A program made the translations under genes and the position numbers. A DNA stretch of 64,000 nucleotides from an uncultured delta proteobacterium (GTDB taxonomy: Bacteria; Myxococcota_A; Polyangia; Polyangiales; Polyangiaceae). Below the pieces are notes generated by a model that was not told the origin of the DNA, made no database searches, and saw only the letters and a program-made list of their open reading frames with translations. The DNA is taken from positions 1,760,001 to 1,824,000 of the forward strand of contig CAWJCS010000006.1 of the NCBI GenBank assembly GCA_963841435.1, read 5' to 3'. This document shows, piece after piece, positions 1 through 10,221 of the stretch (its first letter is position 1; each line of letters opens with the position of its first letter).

Positions 1-466
1 CCTTCGCGATGCGCGCCACGTGCAGGTGCGGGCCGACCTTCTGCACCACCGTTCCGAGCGCGTCGTTGATCGCACGGCGCACGGGATCTGTCCTGAATGC
101 GGCACCCGACCAGATGTCCCCGTAGGTGACCTCGGAAGTCGGATAGCTGCGGCGGAGCGCGCGCGCCGCGAGGCGCGCGAACACCTCGGTCTCGTCGAGC
201 GCGCGGCCGAAGAGCACGGCGCCAGCGTGGCTACGCGCCGCGACGTATGCCATGGCGAGCGCAAGGGAGGTCCGACCCGTGCCGGGAGCGCCGACCAGGC
301 CGAGCACGGTGCCAGGCCGCAGCCCACCGCCGAGCAACGCGTCGAGACCGGCGAACCCGCTCGGCGTGAGCTTCGCGGGCTCGCCGAGCCGCGTGGTCAC
401 GTCCACGTGCACGTCCTCCAGAGACACCGGCCCGAGAGTGGACGGATGTGCAGGGCCCGAGCTCAC
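1..466 (-). CDS. RecA/KaiC/DnaB-C-like P-loop ATPase-fold protein, N-terminal part (runs off the window edge; not in the ORF track)
   Basis: Hand translation from GTG at 466: VSSGPAHPSTLGPVSLEDVHVDVTTRLGEPAKLTPSGFAGLDALLGGGLRPGTVLGLVGAPGTGRTSLALAMAYVAA...; 'SGFAGLDALLGGGL.PG' plus Walker A-like GAPGTGRT; frame open to position 2. Confidence 0.75.
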   Translation of the reverse strand, partial: MSSGPAHPSTLGPVSLEDVHVDVTTRLGEPAKLTPSGFAGLDALLGGGLRPGTVLGLVGAPGTGRTSLALAMAYVAARSHAGAVLFGRALDETEVFARLAARALRRSYPTSEVTYGDIWSGAAFRTDPVRRAINDALGTVVQKVGPHLHVARIAK

Positions 467-572
467 CCCGAGAGCATAGCAAGATTCACTCGAAATCGGA
501 TGCTGCTCGAAATCGGGTGCTGACGGAAGCACCCCGGGGACGTACGATGACAGCCCTCGAACCGGAGCATTC

Positions 573-1905
573 ATGGCATTCAAGAGCGAACTCAAGACCG
601 GCGCGGAGCGCTACCTCGCGCAGGTGATCGTCACGGCATTGAACGAGGGGTGGCGGACGCCCGACGACTTCATCCGCCACTTCAAGCCCGGTGACATGAT
701 GCAGCGACTGGAGAAGGCGCCGGAGCTCCGCGCGACGATCCTGGTCCAAGCGGCCGGCGTGCACGATCGCATCGCTCGCAAGAAGTCGAACAGGGTCGGC
801 TGCCGAAGACCTGCGCATCGCGCTCGACGAGGGCGTGACCACGTCGCAGGCAGTGCTCGAGCTCTTTCCTCCGGACGAGCGCGTTCGCTATCTCGAGCGA
901 CCGAAGCTCTGGGCCTTCCTCACCGAGGAGCACTTCTGGGCTCCCAACTCGCAGACGACCGGCGAGCGCGCCGTGAGCCGAATGATCTACCTGCTGGAGA
1001 CGGCGATGGGCGAGTCGCTGCTCACACTCCAGGACTTCATGGACGGCGTGACGTTCGAGACGATTTCGGCTCGTTTGCCGCAGAAGGAGCTGCAGCGCGT
1101 CGTCAAGCACGCGCTCGAATCAGGCCGCAAGAAGACCCCGGTGACGGAGGAGAGCTTCCTCGAGGTCGTGCCGTTCAAGGATCTCGTCGGGTACTTGCCG
1201 CTCGATCACCTGTACAAGCGAGTGCTCGTCGCGAAGGTGGCGGAGCCCGCGGGCTTCGTCACGGGCGGCGTCGGCGAGGAAGCGTGGCCCGAGGACGACA
1301 ACGGGGGCGACAAGTCGGAGGGCGCCGAGGCCAAGGAAGCAAAGGCCGAAGCCAAGCGTCCTCCCAAGCCCGCAAAGCCAGAGCCCAAGGACTCCGAGGA
1401 GACCGTGACCGACGAGGAGCTCGAAGAGGTTCCCGCGGGCAGCGTGCGACCTCCCGCCGAGGAAGAAGCGCGGCGCAAGGTGGCCGAGCGGCTCTCGGCG
1501 ATCAATCGCCTGCCGCCACGGCACGCCGAGCTTTCCACGCCGATCCTGCTGTCGATCGAGAGCATGTACGCCGAGCTCTTGACGGCCTCGAGCGACGACC
1601 AACGCGAGATGTGCATTCGCGACTCGTTCCCCAACGAAGCACACCTGTCAACCGCACTGCTTGCGCTCATCGAGCTCTTGGATCCGAGCATCGACGTGAA
1701 CGACCCGGTGATTCGCGACGCCGATGCCGACTCGCTCATCAAGGTCGTGCTGTTCGAGGAGCGCCGCCGTTACGAGCAGGCCAATCCGTCGGGCCGTTCC
1801 GGTGGGGGCGCGGTTGCACCGCCGCCTCCCACGGCTGCCAAGCGCTCGGTGCCGCCGCCGCTGCCCGGTGGCCGCAGCGCGTCCGACGAGAAACGCGCGC
1901 GCTGA
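573..1905 (+). CDS. Hypothetical protein with tandem duplicated helical domain; split by a +1 frameshift at ~789
   Basis: ORF 573 (MAFKSELKTGAERYLAQ...RKKS) joins the frame of ORF 835..1905 (SAAEDLRIALDEGVTTSQ...) if one A is removed at 789-790; GGAG upstream of ATG. Confidence 0.7.
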
Positions 1906-1918
1906 AAAAGCGCGCGCG
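1894..1918. terminator. GC-rich hairpin between the convergent CDS and tRNA; probable terminator
   Basis: CGCGCGCGCT-GAAAA-AGCGCGCGCG, perfect 10-bp stem; only a short T-tract (TTT) follows on the minus strand. Confidence 0.45.
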
Positions 1919-1933
1919 AGCGCGGCGTCAGGG

Positions 1934-2017
1934 TGCCGAGGAAAGGAATCGAACCTTCACACCGTTACCGGTACCAGAACCTGAATCTGGCGCGTCTGCC
2001 AGTTCCGCCACCTCGGC
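1934..2017 (-). tRNA. trnL: tRNA-Leu (anticodon CAG)
   Basis: Reverse complement GCCGAGGTGGCGGAACTGGCAGACGCGCCAGATTCAGGTTCTGGTACCGGTAACGGTGTGAAGGTTCGATTCCTTTCCTCGGCA: acceptor stem GCCGAGG/CCTCGGC, anticodon arm CCAGA-TTCAGGT-TCTGG, long variable arm, GTTCGA T-loop. CCA not encoded (followed by CCC). Confidence 0.96.
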
Positions 2018-2143
2018 CTGAAAACGTAGAACCTGTTCGTCCGCTGGGATGCGCTAAGTGACCTCCGGGTCGCTCGGGGAACCGGGGTCTACCCCGGCGG
2101 GGTGCACGCCGGCAAGGCCGAACGCCGGGCCCGCGGCACAGGC

Positions 2144-5100
2144 TCAGATCAGGCCGAGCCGCCGCCGCACGGCGAGCGAAGGCTCGCTGACCCAAAACGC
2201 CATCAGGTCGGCGACGAGGCGCGTCCCCCATACGAGCGAGCGCCCCTGGGCGCCCGACAGAATCGCCCTCCGCCTGACGCACCACGAGCACGGCCGAGGC
2301 TAGGTCGTCGGCGACGAGCAGCGCCGCCCGGGCGGCCCCGAGGTGGATCCGCGCCACGAAGTCCTCGACGTCCAGCCTCGGCGACGCGGCGTAGTCGCGC
2401 GCGGCGTCTTCGATGCCACCGCGTCCGATCCACGGCAGCGCACGAGAGACGCGTCTCGCCATGGCCTGCGTCGCCTCTTCGCCCGAGGCCGACGCTGGAA
2501 AGCTCGGGTCGGCCCCGCGCGCCGCGCCCGCGAGCAAAAGCTCGAGCTGCTCGGCGCCGAGCTTCTGCGCGGCGTGCAGCTTGAGCGCGATCGCCGCAAA
2601 CACGCGCGCGAGCTGGAAGGCTTGCGCCGACTCGCCGAGCTTCTGCACCGCGGGCGGCACGAGCACGCTCACCGGATCGGAAAACTCGATCTCGACCGCT
2701 TGCGACGGCACGCCGTGCGCATAGAGGTCGAAATCGTTCACGCCGAAGATCGCGGCGACGCGGTCGGCGAGCGCGCGCAGCGGGTGCCCCGAGCGAGCAC
2801 CGAGCCGTTCGCGCGTGCTCACGCCGTACCGCTCGAGCTCCGTTGGATAGACCTTCTCGAGCACGTCGGCGAGCGCGGCCGTGAGCCGCGCCGCGGGCTC
2901 GGCAGGGGGAACGAGGCCGATGCTCTCGAGCTCGGTTGCGTCGAGGGAGCGCGGCGCGAGTGAAGCCGGACGAGGCGGGTGTTGCGAGAGCGTCGCGAGC
3001 TCCAGATCGTTCGCCTGGCCGAGCGCCGCGAGGGGGGCGATCGCGAGAGTGGCCTCGGCGCGGCGATTGAGCGCCCGAAAGCAGTCGCCGAGCTTTCGCC
3101 AGGCGGCGGCGTTCGTCACGTCCCGCTCGAAAACCTGGCGAAGCGCCACCATGGCCTTGGCCGGATTGCCCGCGTCGAGCAGGCGGCCCGCGAGCTCCGC
3201 CTGAACCGCCGGATCGTCGCTGAGCGCGACGGAGCGCTCGAGCATCTGAATCGCCTGGTCGGGGCGATGCAAGGCCTCGCCGAGCACGCGAGCGAGCTCC
3301 TGATACACGTCGGGCGTCACCTGACCGCGTGAATTTTCCACGTAGCGCGTGAGCGCCGCCGCGTACACGTCCCAGCTCGGCGCGTCGGGCTTGCGCGGCA
3401 CCTGAGCGATGACCTCACGCAGATCGCTCGCGGCGTCGCCCTCGAGCCCGACGATTTCGATCGCCTCGGCGAAGGCCTGCCCGGCTGCGCCCGCGCGACC
3501 GCGCGCCATTTCGACGCGCCCGAGAGCCATCAGCGCTTCGGCGCGATCGTCGGGCTCGGCGGCCGTCTTGACGAGCCGCGCCGCGGCTTCGCTCGCGGCA
3601 TCGAGCCGCCCGCGCCTGATTTCTAGCTTGACGAGCCTGCCGAGCGCCGCGGGGTGCTTGGGATCGGCGGCGAGCACGGCCTCGACGCTCGCGCGCGCCC
3701 GGTCCGGGTCGCCGAGTCGCTCGTCGAGGATGGCCGCGAGGCGCGCGTGAGCATCGAGGCGCGCGCTCTCCGGTGCCCCCGCCTGACTCACGACGAGTCG
3801 CAAACGCTCCGCGGCCTCCACCCACTGGCCGTCGCGCACGTACAGCTCGGCGAGCTTCATGAGCGTGGCAACGTGGCCCGGCAGCACGACGAGCGCGCGC
3901 TGCAGCGCCGCGAGGCCGGCCGGGATGTCACGCCGACGGCTCGCGTGCAGCTCCGCCACCTGAATCCAAAGCGCGGCGACGCGCTCCCGGTCCTTGGCCT
4001 CGGTCGCTGCCTGCGTGAACGCGCGCACGAGACGCTCGGTGTCGGCCGGCGACGCGAGCAGCGACTGGAGCGCCGCGGCCGCGCTTTCGTCATCGGGGCT
4101 GTACTCGAGCGCACCCTCGAGCACGGCCGCGGCGCCTGCCCGATCGGCGCCCTGCGCGAGAGCCCCGGCCGCTCGGACGAGCAGCCGCGCCGCGGCGACG
4201 GGATCCAGCGCCACCTCGACGAGGCGCGAGGCGGCCTCTTCGAGCAGCTTCGGGTCGCCGAGCCGCTCGGCCATGCGCGAGAGACCGCGCGCCGCCGCGA
4301 TGCTCTCCGGGTCGCGCGCGAGCGCCGAGCGATACAGGCCGAGCGCCGACGCGTCGCCGCTCGACTCGAGCAGCTCGGCGAGCCGCGTGGTGTGCTCGGC
4401 GCCGAGCGCCGGCGGCCCGACATTGGCGAGCTGGGCGTCAACCTGGCCGACGAGCACCGGATCCTCGGCGCGCAGGGCGAGGCGGAACAACGCCGCGAGC
4501 GCCGACGGATCAGAGGGGGCAAGCTGCAACACCATGAGCTCCGCCTCGCGGACGCGCGACAGGTCGTCGCCGGCCCGTCGCTCCTCGAGGCGGCCGAGCT
4601 CGCGCAGCACCGCGATGCGCGCTCCGGCGTCGGATAGCACGCGCGCCTGCGTCGCGTAGAGCTTCGCGAGAGCGTCCCAGGCTCCTTTCTCGGCGTAGAG
4701 CGGCTCGAGACCCAGTAGGGCCTCGACGTGCGCCGGGTCGCGCTCGAGCACGGCCTCGTAGCAGGCAATCGCCCGCACCGGATCGGCAAGCTCTTCGCGA
4801 TAGACCTCGGCCTGCTGCAAGAGCGCCCCCACCCCGAGTGCCGGATCAGTCGCCTCCTTCGCATCGTGCTCGAGCTCCTCGACGAGGCGCTTCCACTCAC
4901 GAGCCTGCGTCAGCAGGCGCACGAGCGCCTCGCGGGCCGGCGCGAACCCCGGGTCCGCGGCGAGCGCCTGCTCGTACGCGCCCCGAGACTTGTCGGCCTG
5001 CTTGAGACGATTTTCCATCACCTCGCCGATGCGGAACCACGCACGCGCTCTTTCGGCCGGCGTCTCGGCAGCCGACGCTTCGATCTCGAGGAGCTTCGCA

Positions 5101-7652
5101 AGCTCGTCCCAGCGCCCTTTTTCAGCGAGCTTGCGCTCGAGCGCGCCCTGGGCGGGCCGGTGCCGTGGATCGGCCGCGACCGCCCGGCGGTAGGCCTGGA
5201 TGGCTTCCTCGTCGCGCCCGAGGCGTTCCTCGTAGAGCTCGCCGGTTTTGTATTGCAGCGCCGCCGTCTCGGGACCGGCTGCCGCGTGCTCGAGCTCGGC
5301 GCGGTAGGTCTCGAGCAGCGCCTCCCAGCGCCCCGCCTTGTAGTGCAGGCGACCGAGCCCGGCGAGAGCCGGGGTGTACGTACGCTCGATCTCGAATGCC
5401 TTTCGATAGAACGCGAGGGCAGCGGCGTCGTCGCCGAGCGAGAGCTCGCTCACCTCGCCTGCCCGCTCCAGGAGCTCGAGCCGACGCTTCTTGTCCGTCA
5501 CGTGCGCGACCTCGAGCTCGAGCGCCGCGACGAGCTCCTTGTGCCGACCGGCGCGCTCCGCCGCGCGCTGCAGCGCGTGGATCGCGCCGAGGTGCTGCGG
5601 CTCGACGTCGAGAATGCGCCGAAATGCCGTCATCGCATGACCGGGCTCGCCGAGCGCGTCCTCCTGGAGCCGGCCGATCTTGAAGAGCCAGGTGATCTTC
5701 GTCTCCGCGTCGTTCGCGAGATCCACACCGCGCTCGTAGAGCTCGACCAGATCCCGGAAGCGCCCCGCTTGCGCGAGCAGCCGCTCGAGGGCCTTGAACG
5801 ACGGCGCGAAGCCGGGAACGAGGCCGAGCGCGTGGGCGTGGTGCTCGGCGGCTCGCGCAACGTCGCCGAGCTCTCGCTCGAGGATCTCGGCCATGCGGGC
5901 GTGGGCCGCGGCCCGCCGCGCCGAATCGTTGCCGCCGTTCGCCTCGCCCTCGTGCACGGCGAGCAGCGCCTGGAAGTTCTTCTGTCGTGTGTAGAGCTTG
6001 GAGAGCGCCTGGATGGCGGGCAGGTAGAGCGAGTCCTCCCCTCGTGCCTGCTCGTACCAGACGATGGCAGCCGACTCGCTTTCGAGCCGTTCCTCGGAAA
6101 GCTGGCCGATGCGCTGGAAGTACCCGACCTTTTCGGCCGGCTTGTCGGTGAGAGCCGCTAGCCGTTCGAGCACGGCCACGAGCGCCGGCCAGTTCTTGGC
6201 GAGCTCGTAGACCCGCGCGAGCTCCTCGAGCACGACGCGATCGGTCGGCGTCTCGCGCGCGGCGCCTTCGAAGGCTTCGGCCGCCTTGTCGAGCGCCCCC
6301 AGCCGATCGGAGAGCACGCGACCAGCTCGGTAGAGCGCGAGTGAGCGCGCCGCCGGGTCGCTCACGATCTCGGCTTCGTGAGCAAGCACCGCCACGAGGT
6401 CCCCGAAGCGCTCCTCGGCGAAGCACAGCCTCTTGAGCGCGTGGATCGCCGCTGTCGTGCGCGAGTCGGTCTCGAGCGCCAGCCGATAGAGCTCCGTCGC
6501 TCCGCGCACGTCGCCGCGACGCGACTCGACGATGCGGGCCCGCTCGGCGATCACCGCGGCCTTGAGGCGGGGATCGGCCGTGACGGCGTTCGCGGCGCGC
6601 TCGTAGGTGCGGTCGAGACCTTCCCATGCTTTCGCGGCGATCTCGGCGCGTTCCACGGCCTTGAGCAGCGAGGTGTTGGACGGATCGAGATCGAGGCCAG
6701 CCTGCAACGCCTCGCGTGCTTCGCGTCGCTGGCCGAGCGCATCCTCGAGAAGGAGCCCCTTTTCGTAATAGAGCACCGCCTTGTGGTGCGGATCCGAGGT
6801 CAGCTTGATCTCGGCATCGAACAGCCCGAGCGCGAGCTGGGGGCGCTTCGAAGCGATGAGCGTGCGGCGGGCACCTCGCACCGATGGCAGATGATCGGGC
6901 ATGAGGACGTGGGCGCGCTGGAAGTGCTCCGCTGCGCGCAGCGTCTCGTGCAGCGGCCACTCGAAGAGGCGCGCGCACTCGTAGTGGAGCCTGCCGGCGC
7001 GGCTCTGCTTCGGCGAGTCGGAAAGCTCCTTCTCGAAGCTTGCAATCATCTCGCGCGCGAGGTGCGCGTGCGCTTCGGGCCGCGCTCGATCGCCGAGGTC
7101 GCGCGCGAGCGCGCCCGCGTCGGGTGCCGCGACCACCGGGCTCGCCGGCTCGACGGGCGTTGCGGCGCGCGGCGGCGACGGCGCCTCGGCAAGGACCGGC
7201 GCCGGTGACACCGCGACGGGCACGGGCGTGCGATGCGGGGGCGCGGGGGGCTTCGGCCGTTGCGACGGCGGCGACGCGCGAAACGGGGCGACGGACGGCG
7301 CGGGCAAGTGCTCGGCGCGCGCGGGCGGCGCGGGATGAGCCGGCGCAACCGCGGGCGCCGGCGGGCTCGCCGCGGCCGAGGGCGAGGAGTTCGGCGCTGG
7401 CGGCGGCCCCGACTTCGACGGCGGACGCGGCGGCAGCGGCCTGCTGCGCTTGGCAGCGGGCGGCACGGACATCGGCTTGTGCCGCGTCGGCGGCGGTGGC
7501 GGCAGGCTGCGCACCGGAGCAGACGGTGGCTCGGGCTCCTTCTTGGCGGGCTCCGGACGCGGGATTTTCGACGGCAGCGCCTGCGGGGGAACGGAGCGGC
7601 CCGAAGGACGTGGAGGCGATGGCTTCTTGGAAGGGCTTTCGTCCTCGGCCAT
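2144..7652 (-). CDS. Giant TPR-repeat protein with Pro-rich N-terminus (myxobacterial AgmK/GltD-like architecture); +1 frameshift at ~2261
   Basis: Many TPR-like units (A...Y..AL..DP....A...L..L). Repairing 2261-2262 gives the C-terminus ...EGDLSGAQGRSLVWGTRLVADLMAFWVSEPSLAVRRRLGLI* (TGA at 2144-2146), which avoids overlap with the tRNA. Confidence 0.8.
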
Positions 7653-7769
7653 GTAGCAACCAGCTTACACCAAGCCTGGAACGCGTGAAGCCACCATGGG
7701 CCGGTGCGGCCTTGCGGGTCCCCGGGGGGGCGCCCTCCCGGCCGCTCGCATGCTATGCGGTGGCGCCCC

Positions 7770-9086
7770 ATGAGCGAAAAAACCGAGCTCTTGGTCCTCC
7801 GCGATGCGCGCGTCGTGGACCCGAGCAGCGGCCTCGACGCCACGTCCGACGTGGTGGTCGAGCGCGGCCAGATCACCCGTGTCGGCAAAGGCGCCGGCGA
7901 CGCCGCGGCCCGCGCCGAACGAGCCCGGGTGATCGACGCGCGCGGCATGTGGGTGCTCCCGGCCTTCGTCGACCTGCACGCACACCTGCGCGAGCCCGGG
8001 CAAGAGTACAAGGAAGACGTGGCGAGCGGCCTGTCGGCGGCCGCGGCGGGTGGCTACGCACACGTGTGCGCGATGCCGAACACGCAGCCGGTCAACGACA
8101 CTCGCGCCGTCACCGAGATGCTGCTCCACCGCGCCCGCGAGCACGGCGGCCCTTCGCTCCACCCCGTCGGCGCCATCACCAAGGGGCAGGCCGGCAAGGA
8201 GCTCACGGAGATGGCGGAGCTGCGCGAGGCGGGGGCCGTCGCCGTTAGCGACGACGGTGTGTGCGTGATGTCGAGCGCCGTGATGCGGCGCGCGCTCGAG
8301 TACGCCAAGAACTTCGACATGCCGCTGATTCAGCACGCCGAGGACCACGACCTCACGGCGGGCGCGGACATTCACGAGGGCGCAATCTCGGCGCGGCTCG
8401 GCCTGCGCGGCTGGCCTCGCGTCGCCGAGGACATCATCGTCGCCAGGGACATCCTGCTCGCCGAGTACGTCGGGGCTCGCTACCACGTCGCGCACGTCTC
8501 GACGCTCGGCGCGGCTCGCCTCGTGCGCGAAGCCAAGGCGCGCGGCATCCAGGTGACGTGCGAGGTCACGCCGCACCACCTGCTGCTCACCGATGCCGCG
8601 CTGGTGGGCTACGACACGGCGTGCAAGGTGAATCCCCCCCTGCGCGAGGAGGCCGACGTGGCCGCGCTGCGCGAAGCGCTCGCCGACGGTACCATCGACG
8701 CCATCGCTACCGACCACGCGCCCCACTCCCCGCTCGAAAAAGACTGCCAGCTCGGTGAGGCGCGCCCCGGCATGATGGGCCTCGAGCTCTGCTTCGGTCT
8801 GCTTTCGGGCCTGGTCGGCGGCTCGGGGCTGACGCTTTCGCGGCTCGTCGATGCGCTCTCCACGCGGCCTGCTCGCATCGTCGGCATCCAGCCGCCGACG
8901 CTCCGCGAGGGCGCGTTGGCCGAACTCGTGCTCGTCGATCCGGAGGCTCGCTGGAAGCCCGAGGACGTGACGCTCCGTTCGAAGAGCCGAAACACGCCCT
9001 TCATGTCGCGAGAGCTCCGCGGCAGGGTCCTCTTGACGCTGGCGCGCGGCACCATCATCCACGACGCTCCCGGAGAAGAACCGTGA
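7770..9086 (+). CDS. pyrC: Dihydroorotase (multifunctional-complex type)
   Basis: DLHAHLREPG, AAGGYAHVCAMPNT, CEVTPHHL, KVNPPLR, IATDHAPH, SKSRNTPF; overlaps carA start. Confidence 0.95.
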   Translation: MSEKTELLVLRDARVVDPSSGLDATSDVVVERGQITRVGKGAGDAAARAERARVIDARGMWVLPAFVDLHAHLREPGQEYKEDVASGLSAAAAGGYAHVCAMPNTQPVNDTRAVTEMLLHRAREHGGPSLHPVGAITKGQAGKELTEMAELREAGAVAVSDDGVCVMSSAVMRRALEYAKNFDMPLIQHAEDHDLTAGADIHEGAISARLGLRGWPRVAEDIIVARDILLAEYVGARYHVAHVSTLGAARLVREAKARGIQVTCEVTPHHLLLTDAALVGYDTACKVNPPLREEADVAALREALADGTIDAIATDHAPHSPLEKDCQLGEARPGMMGLELCFGLLSGLVGGSGLTLSRLVDALSTRPARIVGIQPPTLREGALAELVLVDPEARWKPEDVTLRSKSRNTPFMSRELRGRVLLTLARGTIIHDAPGEEP

Positions 9087-10213
9087 CAGGACGCGCCGCA
9101 CATCTCGCTCTCGCCGACGGAACCCTGTTTCCCGGCCGGGCCTTCGGGGCCGACGCCACCGCCGTCGGCGAGGTCGTGTTCACGACCGGCATGACCGGCT
9201 ACCAGGAGGTGCTGACCGACCCCTCCTACACCGGACAAATCGTCACCATGACGGCGCCCGAGATCGGCAACACGGGCATCAACTCCGAAGATCCGGAGAG
9301 CGTCGACGGCCACCCGCAGGTCGCAGGCTTCGTGATCCGCGACCAGAGCCCGATCGTCTCGAGCTACCGCTCCGAGCAGTCGCTCGAGGATTACCTCAAG
9401 CGCTACGGCATCGCCGCCATCGCCGAGGTGGACACGCGACGCCTCACGCGCGTCTTGCGCGACCGAGGCGCCCAGAACGGCGCCATTGGCACCGAGCCCC
9501 CCGACGTGCTCGTGGAGCGGGCACGCTCCGCGCCGAGCATGGAGGGCCTCGATCTCGTCGCGCGCGTCACGCCCCGCGCCCCGTACGACTTCGCGGAAGG
9601 GCGCGGTATCTGGAACGCGCCATTCGGCCCGGGCTCGGCGCCGCCCACGCGATCGCTCTCCGTCGTGGCCCTCGATTTCGGCGCCAAGAAGAACATCCTG
9701 CGCTGCCTCGTCGACAGCGGCTGCCGCGTGACGGCCGTGCCCGCCACGACCACGGCGGCGGAGATCCTGGCCAGGAATCCCGACGGCATCTTCCTCTCGA
9801 ACGGCCCGGGCGACCCGGCGGCCGTCACCTACGCCGTCGGCACCATCCGCGACCTGCTCGGCAAAAAGCCGATCTTCGGCATCTGCCTGGGGCACCAGCT
9901 GCTCGCGCTGGCTCTCGGCGCGAAGACCTACAAGCTCAAGTTCGGGCACCGCGGCCTCAACCAGCCCGTCAAGGACTTGACGACCGGGCGCGTCGAGATC
10001 ACGACGCAGAACCACGGCTTCGTCGTCGACGTAGATTCGATCAAGGGCGTCGCGCGCACGAGCCACCTGCACCTCAACGACGGCACGAGCGAAGGCCTCG
10101 AGGCCCCCGACGCCAACGCTTTCAGCGTGCAGTACCATCCCGAGGCCGCTGCCGGCCCCCACGACGCGCTCTACCTCTTCGAGCGCTTCGTGCGCGCGAT
10201 GGAACGCGGCTGA
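9083..10213 (+). CDS. carA: Carbamoyl-phosphate synthase small subunit
   Basis: GEVVFTTGMTGYQEVLTDPSY, LSNGPGDP, GICLGHQ, KFGHRG, QNHGF, SVQYHPEA. Confidence 0.97.
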   Translation: MTGRAAHLALADGTLFPGRAFGADATAVGEVVFTTGMTGYQEVLTDPSYTGQIVTMTAPEIGNTGINSEDPESVDGHPQVAGFVIRDQSPIVSSYRSEQSLEDYLKRYGIAAIAEVDTRRLTRVLRDRGAQNGAIGTEPPDVLVERARSAPSMEGLDLVARVTPRAPYDFAEGRGIWNAPFGPGSAPPTRSLSVVALDFGAKKNILRCLVDSGCRVTAVPATTTAAEILARNPDGIFLSNGPGDPAAVTYAVGTIRDLLGKKPIFGICLGHQLLALALGAKTYKLKFGHRGLNQPVKDLTTGRVEITTQNHGFVVDVDSIKGVARTSHLHLNDGTSEGLEAPDANAFSVQYHPEAAAGPHDALYLFERFVRAMERG

Positions 10214-10221
10214 CCGGGGCC

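Noticed and set aside
1934-2017. tRNA-Leu as an integration site for an island or prophage
   Set aside because: No integrase, no duplicated tRNA 3' end noticed, and no compositional break.
1965-2143. ORF-track extension of the 1895-aa TPR ORF through the tRNA
   Set aside because: Artefact of the +1 frameshift at ~2261; the repaired gene stops at 2144.
3415-7659. Long alternative-frame and antisense ORFs (e.g. 5122..7659, 4728..6161; similar ones throughout such as 54644..56368 and 58489..59946)
   Set aside because: Arg/Ala/Pro-rich shadow ORFs expected at high GC, overlapping well-supported genes.
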